From Trichoplax adhaerens (Eukaryota; Animalia; Placozoa): DNA of 64,000 nt. How positions within the stretch are numbered: position 1 is the stretch's first letter; every line of letters starts with the position of its first letter. Shown here one piece after another: positions 46,333 to 58,242 of the stretch. A program made the position numbers and the translations under genes. A model generated the notes under the pieces. The model was not told the DNA's origin. It was given only the letters and a program-made list of their open reading frames with translations, and ran no database searches. The stretch covers positions 5,150,123 to 5,214,122 of the forward strand of contig NW_002060944.1 of the NCBI RefSeq assembly GCF_000150275.1, written 5' to 3'.

Positions 46333-48562
46333 ATAGTGGGTGCAAAGTGATGCCGAGCTGAATGAAATTCTAAAACTAACTGCCCTAAGTACAATAATCA
46401 ATCCATAGGACTACTGCGATGGCTAACCTTACCTATTGATTTTATTACTGAATCATGGATTTAATCGATCTTCTTGCAAGGGTTAATATTTTTCATGGTA
46501 TTTTATCAATTTGAGGTTTCAAGTTGGAAGCCTGAGGTTTCTGAGTTATTGACGATTTGAAGAAGATCTATTGAATATTTTATAGTCATATATTTTATTT
46601 CGATATACTAAGTTATAAATACAGATGACGTTTGTACTAATCATAATTGACTATAGCATTTCAACTGGATAAATCGACTATCAATCATATACCATAGATC
46701 GTAATTACTACGAATCCTTGATCATTGCTTTTACAATCATTTTTAAATGCCCTGCAATGACAGTTTCAGATGATTTGCTTTAAACTACTGGTTACGCAGC
46801 GATGGCATCTATTGCAGCATATAATTAATTGAGTCCACTATGGTATCTTATTCTAGTTACTCATTAATTATAGCATGTCAATTAAGTAAATGTGTATATT
46901 TCATCTTATACGGTACTAATTCCTCATTTAAGCTACATCATGTATTATTGTATTCTAACAAATTCATGTTTACATCATTATTATCGGATATCAGATTCTA
47001 TAAATTTATGTAATTAAGAAATAGATTGTGTAAATATCTGCTATTATCACTCTTTCTGTACAATGTACTTTATCATTGACTTACTGCAATTCTACTAAAA
47101 TAGCGAAGTTATAGGTTAGCTTACTTGAATTTAGAAGCTATCTATTGACTGATAATGAATGATAAAATTCGATGGATAGCCTTATCATTGTTAACCATCA
47201 AATCGAAGGAAATCTTTGAAAGTTATATACAATAATTCTTGTGTATAAATATACCAAAGAGTAATTTCTAATAACTAGCTGGTGCACTTTTCTCTACATG
47301 TTGCTACTACTAATTAAGTCAGACAGTACCTAGATATTATATTAAAATTACTGGTTGAGTGCATTATCGTATCTCATGATTTTGTTATTCTTATAGTGAG
47401 TACGACCGTGACAATAATTATATTTTAAGGCATATATCAAGTAAGATGCAATCAATTACGCCTTGATGGATACCATCAGAGTTCAATTTAAGATTTAAAA
47501 TGTATATATTGACTATTAGATATGTATCGACTGCAATGATTGCAAATAATTACCCATTTATTTTCAATTAGTGATTAAATTATGCAGGATTTCATACCAT
47601 TGAATAAAATGACCATTTATTTTGCCCTTTATGATGCTATTAGTAATACTGCTAGTATAATTCTAGAAAATGATATAGCTAGCGAAAGCACTTTTAAAAA
47701 TTTTTTGAGGATTTATTAATTTTTTACTCTATTTCTCAAGTTGACTTTAACTTCATTGTCAAATATTTCCTAATTCAAAGGATCAAATGTCAATCTGATA
47801 CCTTAGCTACGAGATCATAAAACAAAGTAACCATATTAGGAATTGTTAATTAATCGATTAGCCAATTGCAAATAGTTCCTAATTAATTTTCAATTCAAAA
47901 GTAAGCTCCACAATTAGTAAGACCATTTGTTATTACTTTACCACTAGGTTGTTTGGATGTTCTGAAATGGCATTTAGAATTCCATAAAACTATATATAAT
48001 GGAACAAGCCTGATGTTATAATAGAGAGGCAAAAAATTGGACTGATGATGATTTATTTCTATAACTAATCATGTTTGTATTGCTATTAAACTCCAGACTA
48101 ACCTGCTGTGAATAGGAAAAGATAAACAAATAATGGTAAAATATAACCGGACTAGCAGTTATCAAACTGTTATAATGAAATGATGATTTACCGGTGAATT
48201 GAAATTTCGATAACGGGGAAGTGGAGGTATAAAAATAAAGTATTTGATCGATTAATTAACATTTTTTCAATATGGTTCTGTGCTACTTCATGAAAAGTAT
48301 GTAGCTTATACAATCGATCGAAAGTACGGTATAGAGGTTAAAATAAATTGAAAGTAAGCGAAACAAGAGCGTACTGAAAGCTTGATAATTAGCTTAGCTT
48401 TTGTTATTTATTTCCACGAAGGACAAGATATGAGCAATGTATGATTTAATTGACTATAATCAAGTTATCAAATTAAGATAGATAATATCGCGTATTGTTG
48501 ACAAAATCTACGTCAAAAGTATGGCGTAGTCTTCCAGTTGGACGAATCTTCAAACCATGGTA

Positions 48563-51500
48563 TTAGCTTTCTTGACATCTTGAACCGAAAATGATTGGAA
48601 TTTGTTTGTCCAGGTTATCAGCAATTGTTTTTGCTAAAAAATATTCAGGATCATTATAGCAAACACTTTTATATGACTTGACACAAGCTAGGAATGTCCG
48701 AATAATGTGGCAATATTGCCCTGGTGTGACGACTTTTTTGGAATCCGTTTGATATTCTTTAATACATAGTTTAACATTACATCTTCTTTTGGTAAGATAG
48801 GCTGTAGAAATTAAGTAAATTCATCAGCAATGAACTATTAGCTAAAAGTAAAATCTGTCTAGATAATATTCGGATATTGATAGGAAAGCATAAAGTTGTT
48901 AGGTTACAAAAAATTGTAGCAATTCTATTATGTCAAATTGTATTAACTTTGATGTTTTAGAACAAAAGTACAGATTATAGTACAAGAGTAATAAACATTA
49001 TTTAATAAATGCCTTTTAAAGTCTCTGCCTTTTTCATTGTATCATACTCGTAGATACGATCAATTTACTCTTTCAATTTACTAATGTTGATCTCAAAATT
49101 ATGGTCTAGACGCGCAAATTTTTACTTAAAGTATTTAATATTCTAAGATTCTAGAATATATTAGCAGGAGAAGATGAAAATCTTTCATTTACTTTACTTT
49201 CTCCAAATGAAATCGGAATTATTTGCAGTGTTAGCTAATAAGTGGAACATGAAAGGTATAACTTACCATCTGGGATACTTAGTTTGGTACACTTGCTAAA
49301 TTTTTCTTTCATTGTAGGCAAATTGTAGCAATCCAAAGGCAATAGCTGATTATTGAAACCAGGATCGGCCTTCAGTGAATCAAATTGAGCCTTGCATAAT
49401 CGATAATCACTCATTAAAGCTTGACATTCTTCTTTACATATCAACCGTTTGTAATTAACTCCTGCACATGGCGCGAAGTTATGATAGCAAATAGCTTTCA
49501 ATGCATATTCTTCGCAATGACCACCAATAGCACGTATAAATGCGAAAGTTTCCGATAATTTTTGCTCCAAATCCTCCTGATTACCAAATGCTGATGTTTC
49601 TGTTTTATTGACACCATAAAAGGGTGCACAAACTGAGCCAGAATAAAGTTCACAACTCGAACGTATTAAGGAGTTTGAATAATCGTTCTTTTTATCATGC
49701 AGGGTAAATTTAGTAATGTCAAATCTAGGTAGATTTTGTAACATTAGCGTTAGCTGGAGAGTATTGTTTAATAGCGTACGTATAAGTACAAATAGAGATT
49801 CAAGTTGAATATAATCAGATAATCTTGCTTATTACCTTGCAAGTGGATCCGTAAATAGCTGAGCTAAAAATGAACGAAAGGCATGGTAAAGGAAGAAAAA
49901 TTGTGGTGAATATGTTAGCTAGTTTAGCGGTAGTAGCAACTTTGCAGTTTTAAAAAAACTTATCGAATGTGCACTAATGTTAGTGTGAAACATTATAATT
50001 TCTCGTAACATATGTTTACTACACTAAATTGTATTGATTTCATGGTAATTCGTGAGCAATAAATCGAAATTATGTAATAAACAGTGAAACGGCAGAAGAA
50101 ACTAAACATTACGATATTAGAGAGTTGATCTATCTCGAGTAGTGATTAGATTTATTCCCAGATTAGGATCTAGTAAGGTATTTCAAATTTTGCTTAACAA
50201 TGGAAATAGTTTCAAAGTATTGTATTATGATTCATCAAACTTTTACATTTTCGTATTAAAAATAGCATTAAGCCATTGCCGCAAATCATCGCAGGAAAAA
50301 AATTAACCTATTATCAAGGTCTACGTTGTGCTTTAATTACAATATTCGCGTAATTTCGCTAATTTTACAGACATATAGAAAGATAATGGCATGAATCTGA
50401 GCTTATTGAGGATAGCTTGATGAGCGTAAAGATAAATTTTTACTGACGTTCGCAAGATCGCTTCCTGTAGTTGATTGTATCGATTGAGATTTTGGAAGAT
50501 TTCGCCTTTCCTCGGAAGCTTTCAAATATGATCTGTATGGAAATGTAAGAAATAAAATATAGATTTCGGTAGACAGATGGCGATAAATGAATAACTCATT
50601 TATCGCTTATCGCTTAGTTAAAGTTATCTTAAATTGAGCTAACTCAATATTCAACGATAATTAATTATTAATGTCTTCAGAAAATTCATCATCAGCTTTC
50701 TTTTTACCTTATAATTGATATTAGATTCAATTTGAATTTGAGCAAACTTCCAGTGTTGGCCCTGATCGCCTTTTTTATCCCACAGTTTTACCAGTTTGCC
50801 ACCGGATGGTCGTATGTAAACGCGAAGTCCTGACGATTCATCGGTTGACTCCATATGGTACCAAAATTGGAGACAGATTGGAAATTTTTGAGGTAGAACT
50901 TTGCTAACTAGTCTTGCCCTAGTACGATACTCCTTTGCATAAGTCGTATCTGTCCTGATATGGAAGTCTAAATAAAAAGAACGAAATATAATACCAGTAT
51001 TAGCATTGCAAACGATAATTGTGGTATGTATCTGTGTTAATCGCAAGCTAATAAATTTTGCTGTACCTCTTTTACCAATTATGGGAAATCCTGAATTTTC
51101 CTTCGATGTTTGAGGTAGTTTAACACGCTTCCAGTTAAAGTCATTATTGGCACCATTTCTCCATCGACAATACGATGATTCAAAAGTGCATTTGATATTG
51201 TAAGAAACTAATGATTTATAAACATGGCATAAGATAAAATCAGTTCAAACTGCAGACGAAAAGATGCAATTCATATTCAAATCAAAACTGATGTAATTTG
51301 AAAATGGTATGGTATGGCTATCAATTTATTATGCTTTACATAGGTAAGAAAGAAGGCTATAAGTAATTTCCTAATAGCAAAGTTGTAAGAGTTGTATCAA
51401 TTATTAAATTTCTACAGCTTTATAGGTGAAGAAAATTAAGTATTCTTCCTGTCAATTTAAATATTACCAGTAATTCCGATAGGTTAATTACCTACAAATA

Positions 51501-53823
51501 GCCTATATTTTACTAGATGACAATTAAAATGATCTATGGCATTTGGAAATCTTTGGCATTTGATTTTTAAGTTGATAAAGTATAATTAAGAAAGGTACTA
51601 TAAGGTGTAAAAGATGGCGAAGATTCCTGCAGCTTAATTCGAACGCTTTAAATCGTATTTTACTCTAATACGATATTAATCAAGGTCAAAGATTGGATAT
51701 GATCCGTGATTGAAATTTTAAAAGGAACAGACAGATGTAACGATATGGCGAGAATTTTATATTGGATTTATGCAGTATAGATACAATAGAAATATGAAAC
51801 TTAAAAAAATTTTTTGGTATTTTGACACTGAGGCCGTTGAACGGCATACTGTAGGTTAAAATTCTGTTAGCAGACTTAAATCCAAAACAGTATAAGAAGA
51901 AACGGCATTTTGATGACAATTTGTAAATTAATTAAAATAGATAGAAAATTGTTGGTAGATCCAATTCAGCACAACTAAATAAATCTTTTAATTACGGTAA
52001 GCATTGCGATAACTCTTTTATTGTTGCAGCCTTATACGCCTTTGGCACTTTTAATAACACCAAGTAGATTCAAATTAACGTTGCTAGAAATACTTGCTAC
52101 TAGTGAAATAGCGATTATTGTATCAAGATGTAGAATACTTGGATTATTAATATTGCAGCGGTTGTAAGGCTTGATTTCGAGTTAATTATATTAGCTCTTT
52201 TAGCCGTAGTGATTCAAATATATGGGTAAATTATCAAGTTTCAGGTGAGTTAATCTATTTCTAATGATATTCACAGGAGGCAATGTTAAGAAATACTTTT
52301 ACCTAAATGCAGCTGGTTACTTCTATCATATAGTATAGAAGTGAATATGAAATGAATACTTTTCCTTAAGAGCTAAATGTAAAAACTCACTTAAGCTATA
52401 GCCAAGGCGTTTAGCTTTTTCTTTTCCGCCTAAATCTTGTAAGATGTCGGCAAATTTGGAATATTCTAGCAAGTTGTATTTGATATTAGCTAATCTACAT
52501 GCGAATGTTGTACCTTAATATCGGCACTTGATCTTAAGTATGCAGATTCTAACCTTTACATTTGCTTACCTGATGAGCTAGGATTGTCATCTTTAGACAG
52601 AGTTATCGATTTCATTAGGAAAGATGATATAATCATACGGATAAAGAGCATGCAAATATTACATTGTTACAATGAGGATTAAATTTTTTATGTACAATAT
52701 CTATAAAGATAGTAAGGAAAATTGATGTACCCTATGTAAATACCGAAATTTGTTGACTAGGTATTAGTTTTTGTCGAATTATAATTATAATTGGTTAAAG
52801 ATATCTTTCATTAATACTTTAACTATAATCCACTACGATCTATCAATATTGCCCAAAACCTACAGTCTAATTCATTCAATTCATTAATTTCATCCAACAG
52901 ATCTTCATCGACGTAGATGGGATTTTCCTCTACAAATAACGGTGTCGTTAGTAGTTGTTCATAGTCGCTATTTTTTTATAACATTTAAACTTTTACAACC
53001 GTATTTCTAAAAAAACGTATTTAGTTAGAGTTCTCACAGTATCACCTTAAAATATTTAGTTAACACTAATCCTATTATCCTCGCTATTTGTCAGTTGCCC
53101 TCAAGTTATGTTACTAAGATTCTGAAGGTTAGTGCAGTAGTATACAAGAAATATGAGCTATAATATATTGTAAATAGAGTTTTTGTGTCGCTGCATATAA
53201 ATTAATGATAAAATCTTAAATTTGTCGCTTTCCGGTAATTTAAATCAGCTAGGATTAATACGGTCACCGTCTACCTATGATTAATAGGGTAATAATTATT
53301 GGCAAATTTCTTTATGATTCATGGTATAATAGTGGATATTAAATAGTGGTAAACTTATAATTAATTATTTACATATTAGATTAGGTATTCTATCGATATA
53401 GCCATGCTTACGAGTAAAAGATGATGCAATAATAAAAATATATTAGTCCTGTTAAAACTATTTTAATGTCGCTTTGATCAGATTTTACGTATAAAAATCG
53501 TGATCAATGAGCACAGTTGTGCCTTTAGCAGTGCATTAGTAATTTATTTTTACCGTAGATAGGTAAATGCCTATAATATAGATTGTACTAAAATTGGCTA
53601 CATTCAAGGAAAGTAGTACAAAAATGTAAAGTGATTGTATTTTATTCGATGGTATTAGAATTTAAAATATAGTATGCCATAGACCGCTTTATTTAGTACG
53701 ATAAAATTTAAATTTACCTGGAATAGCAACCGAGTTGCCGTTCATTAAGCCAATATTGTCTGGTGCTTGTTGTGCTTGTGCAACAGCCAACCAGGTAATA
53801 ATAAAGATGAAAAGTAGCTTCAT
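48563..53823 (-). CDS. Secreted protein, about 480 aa: signal peptide, acidic propeptide, MAM, ROR-type Frizzled CRD, RGM-N-like six-Cys domain
   Basis: Ten exons (53718-53823, 52864-52929, 52570-52590, 52391-52429, 51067-51207, 50708-50967, 50448-50532, 49836-49863, 49267-49724, 48563-48801; 1443 nt) join in frame with GT-AG introns. Signal: MKLLFIFIITWLAVAQA. MAM: CTFESSYCRW...CLQFWYHM...LWDKKGDQGQHWK...IIFE...IDTI. CRD with 10 Cys: CELYSGSVC...CYHNFAPC...ICKEEC...CTKLSIP. Tail: CNVKLCIKEY...YCHIIRTFLACVKSYKSVCYNDPEYFLA...C. Confidence 0.85.
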
Positions 53824-56800
53824 GTTGATTTTAATGACTTGGCTGCTCGATTTTCAGCAAGTCAATCACAGTTAAGTACTAGTATATTAGTAAGAATTCT
53901 AAAATTAATTAAATGTACAATAACTATATGAAAGATAAGAGTAATATATTAATTCAAGCAGACCTGAATGTGGATGTTTTATTGTACTTTAAACGAAGAG
54001 ATTACTAGTAATCCTTCTAGTACAGACTGAAATAACGCTTCGAATACAGTTCATGAAATTAATGACGACTTATGTATAGTTTTTATAAGTTTTGACATTG
54101 TTATGCTTAACTTCTATGTCATGCTGATATCTTGTATATGATAAATAAATCATGACCATCATATTATTTATTCTAATGGGGAATAAAGTGGCCACAATTG
54201 AAATGACTATTGCATTCAACTAGAACTAATATAGCTTTAATAATTAATGTTCTTATTGTAAATTCTATATGTAAATAATTACAGCCTATCTACAACAATG
54301 TTGTGATGAATATTTGGATAAATTAATCTTTGTACTGTCCAAATTTAAACAGGTTTTGTCCGAGTTGATTAATTAGTCAGCACTGCTTACCAGGATGCCG
54401 CGTTGAAAAATTTTTTTAAAATCACCGGATTTACCTCTTAATTGGTTAAAGCAAACGTGATAACATACTTTACATTGCCCGAATTTTTCTCAAAATCCTG
54501 CATGTGCCGTATGCAAGAGAAAACCCTATTTAATGAGAAAAAATCTTCACATTTCGCTGCGGATAATTTCTTATGGTGATAAAAAATTGCATGAAAATGC
54601 CGATATGCTAATTGTAATATGTTTACGCGACATTCATTTCAAATGCAGCAGCGAATAAACGTATGTATTTCTTGAAGACTTGAATAATATTCATCGCCGT
54701 AGAAAGTCTCAGGATGGAAATCTCTACATCCTTGTTGATAAAATTTTGAATGGATAAAGGAAGAAATAGAGCCGATATTGTCATGTAATAGTTGGCTGTG
54801 GTGTGATATTTTGTAATTCTTCGGCTAATGTCATGTGATTTAAGGCATATCCTACCGAGCTATAAGCAATCATTGGCTGGTTAAAGTTTAGACAAGATTC
54901 CGACTGGATCGATTGGTCATAACAATGTGCTATTCTCAAATAAAGGTAACGATATACAAGGAACCAATGAGCTCAATCTTTATATACATACTGTAGCATA
55001 GGATGCGACTGGTATCACTGCAGTTAATAAACCTTTGAATCATAGGCATGGTATAATTGGGTTCTTTGTAATATATTGAGATTGGGGGTAATAATTTGCA
55101 TACAGGCAATACGATTCGTGTAATATAATAAATTTGTAATACAAATAGTGAAATCTATACCAGAATAGATTAAACAAAAAGATGGAGTCAGCGTTATTAC
55201 TAGTCTATTAATAACTAAATGCAAAGGATCGAATTGATTTAATTTAAGGCTAAATTAAGGTAAAATAACACACAAAATTCTAACTCATGTTGAAGTAATT
55301 TATTTTGATTATACATCGTTTTACGTAAGTCGACGTATATATCAATGCTAAATATTGTTATATCGATAGGAATCGCGGCCTTGTAAAGATAGTAGTTGTT
55401 ATTCTAGTGATTATTCTAGTGTAAATATACATTAGTTGAATTCATCATTGTTACAGATCGTTGTTAGCAAATCAGATTTGGATTATTCCCAACCTTCGAT
55501 TTGACTTTCTTGCTGCCAACAAATCCATGTCCTCATCGAAACATTGAGATAATTTCTTCACTTTGTGCTGGAGTCGCTCACATATCAAATAGTAATAACT
55601 GTAAAAATTTGTGTAAGGAATCATTTCTTCAATGATAGCGACAATCGTAACCGAAAATATCGACATGTTATTTAATATCGTCATCATAAAAGACTTTAAT
55701 ATATACGTATACTAAAATAAATACCGATGTTTTCGATGTTTTACGAGAGACAATTTCTCGATCGCTACTATATTAGATAATAGACAACCTAGAAATGAAA
55801 CTTATTTTGAATATCTTGCACATGATCAAAGTGCTAATAACTGTTAGCTGTCCATTACTTATCGGATCTACATCCAGCTACGTGCTATTCTAAGCATAGA
55901 CTGCATCAATGATAGTGAGAGAATTAGAAAGCATGTAGTATCTCATTATGAATTGTGATTTTGAAATTGGAAAGTTTACCATAACTATAGTGCTCTCCTC
56001 TAAGGTTTGTCATGTACCATAATATGATAAAAATAATGCGCTCGAAATCACAACGTCGCGTTAGGTAGACGTAATGGATAAGACTTTTTTAAATTTCTAG
56101 TCACATTAGTTGTGGTTACCACTTGATCATAGGTATACACTCTGCTAATATCTATATATTATGGAGCTTAAATATTGATCAAATTAATCTTAGCAATTAG
56201 TATAATCCATGATGGCTCTACCATCAGCTGCTAAACTCTCTTATTTCAAGGAATCCCTACAAATCGTATACTATGATTTACAATATTTCATGATGAAAGC
56301 ACATTAAAAGCACCTATTAGGAGAGTTTCAAATAATTTTTACCATGCATTATACTATAAATTTCGAGTACAATAATTACATATGGTACGTAGACATGCTA
56401 GAAATTTTATACAGGAGTTTAAAAAGTTTGCGAACTTAGCACGACATCGATAGTTTATACAGTACTTTGAAAATATTGTGTTAAACTTTTTTCAAAAAAT
56501 ATTGTTTTTTTAATCACATAATACTCAAAATATGATTTTTATTACGCCATCGTAGAACCAGTTTAATAGTTGAATAATTAAAATTGTGTAAAAGGGTAAG
56601 ATTAACTTTGCTTAAAGGTCAATTAATGATGTCATAAGATGTTTTAAAATTTTTACATTAGGATAGAGTAGATAGGGATGTGGATGTAAATGCATTTATG
56701 TAGGTTTGAAAGTGTGAGATATACAAATTAATTATTGCAGCACACCCAATATAGCAGACAGGTGGTTATGCGTAAGAAATTGTAAACTTTGCATAGAACG

Positions 56801-57221
56801 GTGTAGAACTAATTTATAATCAGCGATAAACTGTCAAAGTGCATTTAAGCTATTAGCTTGATGTGATTTATTTACTAAGTGGTATCTTGCTGGTTTTAAG
56901 CTGATTGTTAGAAATTACAATTTCATCATACCACGATTCGCAACCTAACATTGCCTTTACTATAGGCAAACGTATCATTGCACCTCGCTAGGCCGTCAAG
57001 CTGCCGCATAACGTATGCAATCCGTCGTACATGTATTTCGAGCAACGCAAACACGGATAGCCGATTACCTAGAAATGATTACAGGAATACATTTGGTCAT
57101 GGCTGTTTAATCTTTGCAGAAAGAATCTAACTATACGAGTATTCACTGTAGATCATACTACCTTTCAGCTATAGCACTTGAGCCATTACTCTTCGGAGCA
57201 ACTATTTGCATATTTTTGATT

Positions 57222-57620
57222 TTATAGCCATAATGATTAAATGATATTTCAATGTTAATAACCCATAGATAAATTATACTACCGTATCTCATACTATCTA
57301 TCAACTGTCGTATCTGAGCTATTATTCTTCGGTGTAACTCGTATTTGCATATTTATGATTCCATAGCCATAATGGTAAAATGATATTACAATGTCGATAA
57401 CGCATGGGTAAATGGCACTACTGTGCTCCATACTACCTACCAGCCGTCGCACACTAGCTATTATTATTCGATTCAACTCGTGTTTGCGTCTTTTCTCGTA
57501 TGATCCCATAGCTGTAATGATAGAATGATATTGCAGTGTTGATGAATCTTCGGTAAATTATAGGGGAATTTTCAATTATCAATGATTCTGAAAATTTCCC
57601 TAAATTATACTACTCTATTC
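57222..57620. repeat. Degenerate tandem repeat of about 140 bp, 3 copies
   Basis: atagc..taatg.t..aatgatatt.ca.tgt..at...taaat..act recurs at about 57224, 57363 and 57508. Confidence 0.75.
57563..57600. mobile_element. 38-bp hairpin insertion with a 9-bp target-site duplication (Mutator-like remnant)
   Basis: taaattata (57554-57562) flanks ggggaattttca...tgaaaatttccc, followed by taaattata (57601-57609). The terminal inverted repeats match at 11/12. Repeat unit 1 (about 57270) has a single taaattata, i.e. an empty site. Confidence 0.6.
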
Positions 57621-58242
57621 TAGGAGTTTAATCGTTTGCATGAGGCTATATCAGTAGAAGTATATACTATAACAGTGCGTAACTACCGTGATATACCGTT
57701 ATATTCGTGCATATGCATGCGTAAGAATGGATCCAGTAAAGGAATTTATAAAGGAAGCTATATTGTATACTGAATCTACTATTGATGCGCTTATTTCATT
57801 GACCAATTTATAAAGTGTAATAACGTTATCCAATGGCGATAGAGCATTTCGACCCATATGTATCGCGATTAGTTATAACCTGATGCATGCGTACACTCAT
57901 CATAATAAATGAACAAACTGTAAAATGAGTAGCGACTAGCTCTGGTCAGAACCTATTTTAATCGAAGAAACTGGCTGCAGTTTCTCATACCCTGATATTA
58001 ACCATCCACTCAAGAAAGCTCAAAATTATTTTCTCCTTTGGAACTATTAAAATTATACACATCAGTATATCATGTTCTTAATGGATGAATACTTTTATAC
58101 TTATTAAAGAATTGATTTCGTTTCAACAGGTTTTCATTATATCTTATCCCTTGAGGAATACCTACAGTATATCGAAGAATTGATTTCGTACGACGTCATT
58201 ATATATCTTTTGAGAAATACTGCTACCCCTATCAAAGAATTA

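Noticed and set aside
49267-49724. ROR/MuSK receptor tyrosine kinase or a classical sFRP
   Set aside because: No Ig, kringle, TM, kinase or netrin-like exon was found; the next exon ends in a stop codon.
52303-52322. Additional AG..GT mini-exon in the secreted gene
   Set aside because: It is 20 nt long, breaks the frame and contains an in-frame TAG.
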